This document shows positions 55,306 through 64,000 of a DNA stretch of 64,000 nucleotides, piece by piece. A program made the position numbers and the translations under genes. Source of the stretch: a virus (Duplodnaviria; Caudoviricetes). How positions within the stretch are numbered: the stretch's first letter is position 1; the number at the start of each line of letters is the position of its first letter. Where the stretch lies: IMG/VR virus record IMGVR_UViG_3300024331_000207, positions 33,653 to 97,652 of that record, one strand, 5' to 3'. Below the pieces are notes generated by a model. It saw nothing but the letters and a program-made list of their open reading frames with translations, was not told the origin of the DNA and made no database searches.

Positions 55306-58300
55306 CTGATCAGGACAGCAAGACGGCAGGGACGCGCTCCCGCGCCCCTGCCGCATGCTCTTGTGATCAGCCCCGCTTCCGCCAGCCCAGCGCCCGGACG
55401 GGCGCGGCCTCTGCTGCCAGGTGCCGGTGCGGCACCACGGGCAGCTCGTCGCCGGCGTGCATGTCCGCCAGCAGCTGACGCAGGTGCGGCGCCAGCTTCC
55501 CGGCCGCCTGCGCCAGCGCCGGCGGCCCGCCGTGCATCGCGGCCAGGTGCGCCAGCTTCCCGGCGTCGTCCATGTCCGCCAGCGCCGTCACCGGATCGGG
55601 GTACGCGCCCTCAATGGCTGCCAGCGGCCCGCGCAGCGCGCGCGCCCGCCAGCCGGCAACCTGCTCCGGCGCGCCGAGCACCCCGCCGGGCGTGCCCCAC
55701 ACCACCCGCCCGTGCGGCGGCTCGCCCACTATGGCGTAGGCGGCGGTGAACGGGGGCAGCTTGTTGCCCTTGCGCAGCGACACCGTGCACGCCCGCGTCC
55801 CCGGCTTCGGCGGCGCGAACTCGTACACGTAACGCGGTGCGTTCAGCATCGCCCGCGAGCCCGCGATGTCGGCGTTCCCCTTCGTGGAATGGTGCGTGAT
55901 GAGCACGCACACGCCCGTCCGGGCGGCCAGCTTCTGCAGCGGCTCGATCACCGACCGCGCGCCGTCGTCGGTGGCCAGCAGGTTGCCGCTGACGCACGCC
56001 AGCAGCGGCTCGATCACCACTAGCACCGGGTTGGCGTACAGCGCGGGGTCGGTGATCCCGGCCCGCTCCAGCTCCTCGTCGTGCGCCTGCAGATCGGTGA
56101 TCGTCTCCTCCAGCTTCTGCATGCTCATCAGGCTGGCTAGCTCCGCCTCCCTGCGCTGCGCCGCCGTCCGGCCGGCCACGCCCAGCCGGAACCGCTCGCC
56201 GTCGTCGTAGGTGGTCAGGTTCACGATCCGGCGCGGGTCCGCGCCGGACGCGCGCACCCGCCACGCCACGGTCTCGTTGATGTCGTCCTCCGGCGTGATC
56301 ATGATCGTGGTGCCCGGCCGGCCGGACGCGGTGACGCCCAGTGAATTGAGCGCCGCCAGCGACATGGCCACCATGCCCTTGCCGATGCCGCCCGGCCCGT
56401 AGGCCACGATCACGTGGCCGCGCACCAGCGGCAGCGGCTCGCGCATCAGGTACACCGTCGGCACCAGCGGCTCGCTCTCGTAGGTGGGAACCAGCCGCGA
56501 GAAGTGCGGCGGGAGTTCGTCAGCCATCGGCCTGCTCATCCAGCTCCGCCTGCTCATCGCGCTCGGCCCGCCGCCGGCGCGCGTTCGCACGCGGCGCCTC
56601 GCTGGCCAGCCGCACCCACGCCGCGCGGTCATCAGCCGGCATGTCGCCCTGCTCTCCGCGCAGTGCGGTCGCCGCCGCCAGCGCCAGCGTCGCGTGCACC
56701 TGCGCCTGCGCCACCAGCTCGGCTGCCACCTCCGGCGTGCCTGACGGCACGTCACGCGCGCTGTCCAGGCACGCCTCCGCCTCCGCGTAGTGCTCCGGTC
56801 CGGTCATCGCATCCACTGCTGTCCTCCTTAGTCCTGTCGTGTCGTTGCCCACTGCAGCGCACGCGGGCGGCCGCGGGTTGTCTCTCCCGCGTCCGCCCGT
56901 GCACGTTTCAGCGCACGCTCATGCCGCCGCCTGATCCTCCGGCCGCCACCTGGCGGCGTAGTCCTCCCAGTTCAGGTCCTCGCCGTGCCCGGCCTGCTCG
57001 CGCAGCGAGAACAGCCCCGGCACGTACACCGGGTCGCGGTAATGCCAGGTGCTCAGGTTCCAGGCACCGGGCGGCGAGCTGGCCCCGTAGTCCCGCGCGT
57101 GCTCTATCCGCGCCCGCGACCACTGCACGCCCTCGGGCGAGCGCAGCCACGCGATCACCTGTTCCGGCGGCAGCTCCTCGCTCATCGCCCGTCCACCCGG
57201 CCGAAGTGCGTCCACAGCAGCCGCCCCAGCGTGGTCCGGCCCTTGCGCGCGCAGCGCCCCAGCGCTGCCGTCAGGACCAGCGCCGCCGCCGCCGGCACCG
57301 ATAGCGCCGCCGCCGCCAGGCCGCTCACGTCGCGGCCTCGCTGCCCGGCTCGCAGCGCCACTCGTACACCGGCTCGTCGTGCGCCTCGACCGCCTCGACG
57401 TGCGTCGTGCCGACCTGCACGCGCTCGCACGCCCCGGACTTGCTCACGTAGATGCCCAGCTCCACCTGGCCGAACATCTTCTCGTACGTCACGTAAGCGC
57501 TGCCCGCGCTGTTGCGCTTGGCCCAGCCGTGAATGCCCCGGCGCGCCGCGCGAGCCTGGTCCAGGCTGTCGGTGTACACGGTGGCGCTCACGAACGGCAC
57601 CGGCAGGCCCGGGAACTGCTCCAGCGTGTCCGCCAGCTCGCGCAGGCCGCTGACCATCCGCGCGCGCCGCACCTGCTCCTCCTGGGCAGCCAGTGCTGCC
57701 GTTTCCTCGTCATAGGTGGTACTCATCTGCCCTGCCTCCTGTTCTCTCGCCCTGAGCGGACGATGAGGCGGCCCCGCGCCAGTCATCGGCGCGGGGCCGC
57801 CCGGACCCTTCGCTCAGTTCTCCTTCAGCTCCGCCCGCGCCTCAGCGAGCCGGAACCAGATGCCGATGCCGCACGCCAGCGCGAACGCCAGCCGGCGGTG
57901 CCACGGCTCGCCGCTCACTGCCGCTGCGCGATCAGCACGTCGCCCGGCTCCAGTCGCAGCACCTCGCCGTCGGCCAGGTCCATGAACGCCTGCTTGCGGG
58001 TGAGCGTGTAGCTGCCGCCGTTCAGCGGCGTCAGCCCCAGCGCCCCGTAGTCCGCCAGGTAGAAGACCACCTGGCGGTTAACCGGGAACGGCGCATCGGG
58101 GTAGTACGCCAGCCCCGGCAGGTCCTGCTTGTAGATCCCGGCCGGGTCCGCGAACGGCCCCTGCCCGGAGTCGAAGCTGGCCGCCAGCGCCAGCGCGGCG
58201 ATGTGGAACCCGCCCCAGCCCCGCTTCATCCCCAGCGGCTCGCCGCCCCTGATGACCTGCGTGATCAGGGGCACCGTCCGGCCCCCCGCACCCGCCGCAG

Positions 58301-59924
58301 GCCCGTCACGACCAGGCTGGCGGACAGCAGGACCAGCGGCACCGCCCACAGCGGCAGCGCGCCCGCCAGGAGCAGGCCGCCGGTCAGCAGCATGGGCACC
58401 GCGAACAGCCCGGCCTGCAGCCGCCCCCGCGCCTCCTCCTCCTCGCGCTTCGCCTGCAGCACGTCCGCGATCACCCGCGCGCGGTCTGCTGCCGCGTCGC
58501 GCCCGTAGACGTGCTCGCCAGGCCCGTAGACCGCCGACGGCTGCACCACCGCCGGCGGCAGCTCGCGCCCCATGAGGGCACGCGGGTCACGCAGCCACGC
58601 GGTGCGCAGCGCGCGCTGCTCGCCCAGCGTGTCCTCCCAGTCGCCGTCGCTGCCGTCGGCGTCCATCAAGATGTGCGCCATGTCCTCGCCTCCTTCTGCC
58701 TTGCCTGCTCTCCGTGAGCGGACAGCGAAACGGCCCCGCCTGCACTAGCGCGGGGCCGCTCGGGCTGCCTGCTCAGGTCAGATGCGCCCGGAAAGGGCGT
58801 CGTAGTTATCGATCCGCACGCCCGCGGCGTCGCTGGCTATGCCGCTGTGCGCGTACTGCGCGATGTCCGCCACCGCCAGGATCTTGCGCCCCAGCGCAAC
58901 GAGGCTGGGGCGCGCCTCCGGCGGCAGCTTGCCGAACGTCTCAGCGCCCAGCTCGTGCACCGCGGCCGCCAGGCACTGCTCATCCGTGGGCGTGTTCAGC
59001 TCGGTCAGCGCGTCCTGGAGAACGTCGTACGCCCCCAGGATCGCGTGCCGGATCGGGTCACCGCCCATATCCACCGCCATGCGGTAGGACTGCTCGAAGC
59101 CGGTGTTCAGCGAACGCTCCAGGCTGTGCGGGTCATCCTCCCTCACGGACCGCCGCAGCTCCTTCGTCCACTCAGTCTCAGCCATGTACCTCTCCTGTCC
59201 TCTCGCCCTGCTGACCAGGACGGCAACGGGGCCGGGACGCGCGCTCGCGCCCCGGCCCCATGCCCTGCGGTCAGTCCTGCGTAATGCCGTGATGGCGCGC
59301 GTGATGCGCGCAGAAGTACAGCCCGTGCGCCCGCCACGCCGCCCGCGCCGGGCAGCCGCAGTCGCAGCCCACCAGCACCGACGCCGGCACCCGCCACACG
59401 TCGCCCGCCGCCAGCGCGGCCAGCGCCTCGTCGTCGTCATCCAGCGCGCAGTGGCCCGGCGTCGCGCCGCCCATCTTCATCTGGATGTCCGTGCGCAGCG
59501 CCACCCGCTGCGTCCAGCCCCAGTCCATGTTGAACATGGTGCCGGTGACGATCCGGTCCCGGTCCGCCTGGTCGCGCCGCTCATCGGGGGACATGCCGGA
59601 ACCCCTCCTCCCCCTGCACCACGATCACCCGCTGGTCCGCCCGGTCCCCGGCGACCTGCGGGTAGGCGATATCCACCGTCGTGCCCGCCGGGAAGTCCCG
59701 CGTGCTGCAGTAGCTGCCCGCCCAGGGACCGGCCGTCAGCCGAAAGTCCGCGCCGGCCCGCCAGTCGGCGACCGCCGCCTCGGGACTGTAATACGCGCGG
59801 CCGTAGGCCGCCTGCACCCTCTCTGTGCTGTCCATCGCTAGCCTCCTCTGCTGCTGATCGGACATTGGAACGGGCGGACGGCTGAGCTGTCCTCTGCCGC
59901 CCGCCCGCATGAATGCGAGATCAG
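55306..59924 (-). repeat. Intergenic stem-loop family A (5 copies)
   Basis: 55306-55370, 57752-57817, 58714-58776, 59211-59274, 59854-59924: CTGA/TCAG basal stem, internal loop ending GTCC, variable upper stem. Confidence 0.7.
55367..56527 (-). CDS. RepA/AAA_25-type (SF4-like) helicase
   Basis: YGPGGIGKG, LVVIEP, ITHHSTK, GSRA....PR. Confidence 0.8.
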   Translation of the reverse strand: MADELPPHFSRLVPTYESEPLVPTVYLMREPLPLVRGHVIVAYGPGGIGKGMVAMSLAALNSLGVTASGRPGTTIMITPEDDINETVAWRVRASGADPRRIVNLTTYDDGERFRLGVAGRTAAQRREAELASLMSMQKLEETITDLQAHDEELERAGITDPALYANPVLVVIEPLLACVSGNLLATDDGARSVIEPLQKLAARTGVCVLITHHSTKGNADIAGSRAMLNAPRYVYEFAPPKPGTRACTVSLRKGNKLPPFTAAYAIVGEPPHGRVVWGTPGGVLGAPEQVAGWRARALRGPLAAIEGAYPDPVTALADMDDAGKLAHLAAMHGGPPALAQAAGKLAPHLRQLLADMHAGDELPVVPHRHLAAEAAPVRALGWRKRG

Positions 59925-62629
59925 TCGCTGTCGTCGCGGTCCCGGCTGCGTCCCGGCGGCAGCTGCATCAGCGCCTCCAGGAACTCACGCGAGTAGCTGC
60001 CGTCCCGCCTGGTAGCCGGCACCAGCTCCACGCGCTCCGCCGGCTCCGGCTCAACTTGAGCTGCCATCTCTCCTCCTGCTGCCTCCTGATGGTTACTGCC
60101 ACGTCCATGGCGGCACGGCCCGGAGGCCTGGAGGCCATGCCGCCGTGGACGCGGACGGGCCGTGCGCCCCGTAGACGCACGGCCCGTCGCTGCACTGCGT
60201 GTCACTCCGCAGCGCGATCGGTGATCCCCCCGAACGACAGCGCCGCGCTGTGCTGCCTGCCGTCAGCCAGCAGCCGCACCAGCGTCGCCTCCGGCTCCTC
60301 CAGCGCGGCCCGCGCAGCACGCGCGCGGCGTCGCGGCGGCGGGCCCTGCCGCTGCACCGACACCACGTGCCAGCTGCGGCTCCCGCCGTGGCTCCTCAGC
60401 AGCACCGTGGCGTGCTCCGCCAGCCAGCGGTCGAAGCCCTCCGCCTCATCGTCGGGCACGGTGATCATGTAGCGGGCCATCACTCCGCCGCCTTGCCCGT
60501 GCTGGACGCCGGCGTCATGTCCAGCGTGACCAGCATGATCTCGCAGCGCGGGGACGGGTAGACCTGCCCGCCGACGGACTCCTCGCCGTAGCCGGCGTGC
60601 CGCAGCGTCCAGCCGCCCTTGCCGTCATCGCACCGCTCCGTCACGATCACGCGCACCTCACTCACCGCCCGGGTACAGCCGCAGCGCGATCTTGCCGTCG
60701 CGCCGCACCGTCGCCGACCACAGCCCGGCCGCGCCGGCCGCGTAGCCCTGCTGCTGCAGGTCATCGGTGATCCGCTCGGCGTCCGCCGCGCTCTCGTACT
60801 CCGCCACGGTGGCCAGCACCGTCGTGCGCTGCTCCCGCAGCCGTGCCGCCGCGCTGCCCGCGCGCGGCTCTGTCTCTCCCGCCATTGCCCTGCCTCCTTC
60901 TCGTGTGATTGCCCTAACAGACGCCAGCGGGCACGTGCCCCGAAGGGAACGCGCCCGCCTGGTCTCCGCTAGCGCTACTGCTCATCCGGGTGCGCCGCGC
61001 CGTACGCCAGCCGCGCCCGGTCAAACAGCGCGGGATCGACCAGCGCCAGCCACGCCAGCAGCCACCGCTTGGTGTGATCCGGCATCTCCCGCGCCATCCG
61101 CATGGCCGCCCGCGCCTGGGCCAGGTCCTCGGCCGCGCCGCTGGCCACGATCCCGCCGGCCACCGTCTCTGCCATCACGACTGCCCGCCCCGGATCAGCC
61201 GCAGCCCGCGCCGCAGGTCCGCGCGGTCCACCGGCTGCTCCGGCTCACGCACCGCCGCGTCGCCGCCGGCGTCCGCCTGGTACGCGCGCCGCACCTCATA
61301 GTCGCCGCCGCCGTAGTGCGTGACCCGCAGCGTGGCACCCACGCGCACGCTGCCCGCCTCGCCCGCCAGCAGCAGCGCCGCCTCCGCGCCGCGCGGCGAC
61401 AGCCGCTCGCTCAGCAGCGCCGTGCGCGCCGCCTCCCACCTCATGACGACACCCGCCGCGCCGCGCTGCCGGGCGCGTTGAACAGCGTGCCCACGGGCAG
61501 GAACTCCGCGTCCCTGCCCTCGAACCGCCGCGCCAGCCGCCCGATGGTGTACAGCGGGCCGCTCAGCGTGTCGCAGCGCCCGTGCGTCGTGGCGTGCCAG
61601 GTCTGCGTCTCGCCCGTGTTCCCGTAGGGATTCCCGGACACCTCAACCTGCTCAACCTCCACCACCCGCAGGTCGGCGTCCCAGAACCGCGCGCCCGGCG
61701 TCACCGGGTAGCCGTCCGCGCTCAGATGCTGCCGCGCGCCCGTCATCACGCCCATCTCACTGCCCCCCCGCGCCGCGCCCGGCCGCCGTACGGATATCAC
61801 AGTCCGCCGGCACCATCAGGCACAGCCACAGGAGGGACGCGAACCGCGCCACCTCTGCCGCTGCTGTCCTGCTGTCCATCGCTGGCCTCCAACCGCGCTG
61901 GAAAATGGCGGACGCCCCGCGCGCCGTAGCGTGCGGGGCGTCCCTGGTCTCACGCGGCGAACCGCGCTAGCCACTGCTTACGGCAGTGGCCACCGTCGCG
62001 CTTACGGTGCGCGCTACCGTGCACTAGCCGGGGGAATCGGACCCCCCGGCCGCCGGCCATACCGCCGGCGGCCGCCACCACGGGCTAGCTGCCCTGCAAT
62101 TCCCGCTCCGCCGGCAGGTCCACGCTGCCGACCACCCACACCGCGAACGCGCCGACCCACGCGCTGCCCGCCGTGTAGTGCGACGTCCCCGGCCCCGTCC
62201 CGCGCGACAGGTAGTGCTTCCACACCAGCGAATGCGGCGTACCCGCTAGCGCGTCTGCCTGGTACTGGCACCATTCCTGGCCAGCCTCCAGCGTCTCCGC
62301 TGTCCCGTAAGGCGTAGGCGTGGCCGTGTGATCCTCCGCCCACGCCACGACATACGTGCTGCTCATGGCTGCACCGTCCTGGCGAATCGTTCCGCCACAC
62401 CCGGCGCTACCCGCGTGCGGCGCGTTGTTGCCCTGATCTCGGCTGGGCTAGCCGACCGCTCACCCAGCACGCGACCGCACCGTGGCCGTGGGCAGTGCAT
62501 CATGCCCAGGTCCGTACTGATGATCCCGTGATCTGCGCACGTGACAACGTCAGTCCACACCTTGCCGTCTCTGTCCGTGAACGTCATGGTTCTGCTCTCC
62601 TCTGCTCTCTGGCCTCTGGTCTGTCCCAA
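56520..62629 (-). other. Run of small leftward early-type hypothetical genes
   Basis: 56520-56852, 56919-57186, 57325-57726, 57915-58274, 58265-58681, 58778-59185, 59271-59594, 59581-59835, 60202-60483, 60658-60885, 60975-61178, 61175-61444, 61441-61800, 62085-62366, 62363-62587. Confidence 0.6.
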
Positions 62630-62686
62630 TCCGGCCGGCCAGCGTACCCGCTATATGGCACGCTGGCCGGCCGGCTAGGGTACAGG

Positions 62687-63259
62687 TCACTTGGCGCCGG
62701 CGATACGCACGGTCACGTTTTCGCCCACGTTCCAGTGAGCCTTGCCGTGACCGGGCACCAGCGCGACATCCGCGATGGACTTGACGCGGGGATCGGTGCC
62801 CAGCTTCGCGCGGAGCTTGGCCAGCTCCACCTTCGCGACCGGCTCACTGTCCCACGTGCGCGTGATGACGGGTCCGCCCGGTTCGGTGATCTTGCCATCC
62901 TCGCCGCGCTGCAGCTTGCGCTCTCCGGTGCGGTACCCCTTGCCGAGCATCTCGCGGACCTCCTCCGCCGCAGCCTTGGAAGTGAGGTGAAGCACGGTTC
63001 CCCACTTGTCGGTGACCAGCACGGGGAACGTGACCGACAGTCCGTCGCGGGATGCGACGTACGCGGTGATGATGGCCCGCAGGTCATCGCGGTCGGACTT
63101 GGCCGCGATCCCGTTGAACTCGGCCACGTACTTGTTCGTCTCGCCGGCGAACTTGGCCTCTAGCCGGCCCATCGCCTTGCGCTCGGCATCGGACAGCGTG
63201 CGGACGTCCGCCTTGGTGGTGCCGTCTTCCCACGCCAGTGTGTCTAGGTTGAGTGCCAT
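62687..63259 (-). CDS. Hypothetical protein, first gene of the leftward region
   Basis: AAGGAGGT RBS; 190 aa. Confidence 0.8.
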   Translation of the reverse strand: MALNLDTLAWEDGTTKADVRTLSDAERKAMGRLEAKFAGETNKYVAEFNGIAAKSDRDDLRAIITAYVASRDGLSVTFPVLVTDKWGTVLHLTSKAAAEEVREMLGKGYRTGERKLQRGEDGKITEPGGPVITRTWDSEPVAKVELAKLRAKLGTDPRVKSIADVALVPGHGKAHWNVGENVTVRIAGAK

Positions 63260-63409
63260 GGTGGCCTACCTCCTTGCACGCGCGCGTAGGGCTGGCCCCT
63301 TGCCTGCCCTGCTGTAGATCCGCGCGCGCTGCATAGCCCGAGCGTACAGGAGATTTGGACGATCACATAACCGCAGGTCAGAGACCTAATGCGATGTCAA
63401 TTTCGAAGG

Positions 63410-63980
63410 GAGGAACCGGACATAAGGTGCATAACGGACATGCAGAACCGGACATAGGTCACATCCTGTCCCACCTGTAATTCCTACCGATATTGTCGGG
63501 TAGCTCCTGGGCCTGATCGTTAGCCTTGCTAACGAGTTCGGGTGTGACATGCGTCACAGGTCGAGGGTAGTCGACCCCCACGCATGACGTGGGCCGGCCG
63601 CCAGGGCACTCGTTAGCCTTGCTAACGAGTTGCCTCGTGATGCGATATGTCCGGTTCGTGCCGGCCCCCCTCTGAGCTGGTCAGATACGCCTCAGAGAAC
63701 GGACATATTGGTACATAACGGACACCAGGCAAGTCGGAACTGGTGTTCGGGCCGACCGTCGCGGTGTTCGAACGCTCGAACGTTAGCCTTGCTAACGATC
63801 CACCACCGACAGTGCACGAGGGTAGTCGACCCTATCCGTCCCATATGTCCGGTTCGCCCCGTCTCGCCCCCTCTGCCCTGGTATGGGGTGTCTGCACCAC
63901 TATGCCCGCTTCGCCCCGTATGTGCCCATATGTAGCGCTATGTCCGGTATGGGAGGAATGGGCGAAATGTCCGAATTTTT
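63410..63980. repeat. Repeat-rich non-coding region (candidate genome end, packaging site or origin)
   Basis: CGTTAGC-CTT-GCTAACG palindrome three times (63518, 63611, 63781); CGAGGGTAGTCGACCC twice (63562, 63817); about nine CGGACA/TGTCCG. Confidence 0.7.
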
Positions 63981-64000
63981 TCGAAAATTTTATCGGGGAC

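Larger units (their letters stand above)
51607..56911 (-). repeat. Intergenic stem-loop family B (4 copies)
   Basis: Plus-strand CTGCAGCGCAC + palindromic arm + ..TCAG at 51607-51668, 52228-52288, 53962-54087, 56852-56911. Confidence 0.7.

Noticed and set aside
62028-62049. A further tRNA gene
   Set aside because: Only a T-arm-like hairpin (GTCCGAT loop); no D arm, anticodon arm or CCA.
1-64000. Integrase/attP, transposase, reverse transcriptase or DGR
   Set aside because: No recombinase, DDE or RT motifs, and no TR/VR pair recognised. Lifestyle cannot be fixed from this window.

Overview
This is a 64 kb slice of a high-GC tailed phage genome. The actinobacterial host is inferred from GC content, frequent GTGA/ATGA overlaps and leaderless starts. 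No integrase, capsid, large terminase or canonical CRISPR array is visible. Layout: (1) 1-3.7 kb, end of the tail module and a holin. (2) 4-7 kb, accessory genes (MsrQ-like membrane protein, secreted protein, methyltransferase). (3) 7-22 kb, mostly leftward replication, recombination and regulation genes (XRE HTHs, HNHs, RHH-replication fusion, RusA-like, C5 DNA methyltransferase, Cas4-like nuclease, RecT-like). (4) 22-27.6 kb, a rightward operon (HNH, PLD nuclease). (5) 27-35.4 kb, a sugar-nucleotide, methyltransferase and glycosyltransferase cluster plus a 2-TM channel-like gene. (6) 35.5-63.3 kb, a long leftward early-type region (Ku, AAA+ ATPase, SF4-like helicase, flavoprotein, acidic paralogues) punctuated by repeated stem-loops. 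(7) A repeat-rich non-coding end. Two candidate RNA-protein systems stand out. A: a RAMP/Cas7-like gene (17712-18392) and a coupled accessory gene are followed by a ~430 nt non-coding array of GGN-NN pentamers cut into units by GGCA tetramers, with a second stand-alone pentamer tract at ~8963-9063. This suggests a non-CRISPR programmable-repeat guide system. B: a conserved helical hypothetical gene (9535-10302) is followed by a non-coding RNA with hexamer repeats, a circularly permuted tRNA-like domain and a tRNA-Asn-like element with only a 4-bp acceptor stem. All protein family calls are by eye from motifs; no searches were run.
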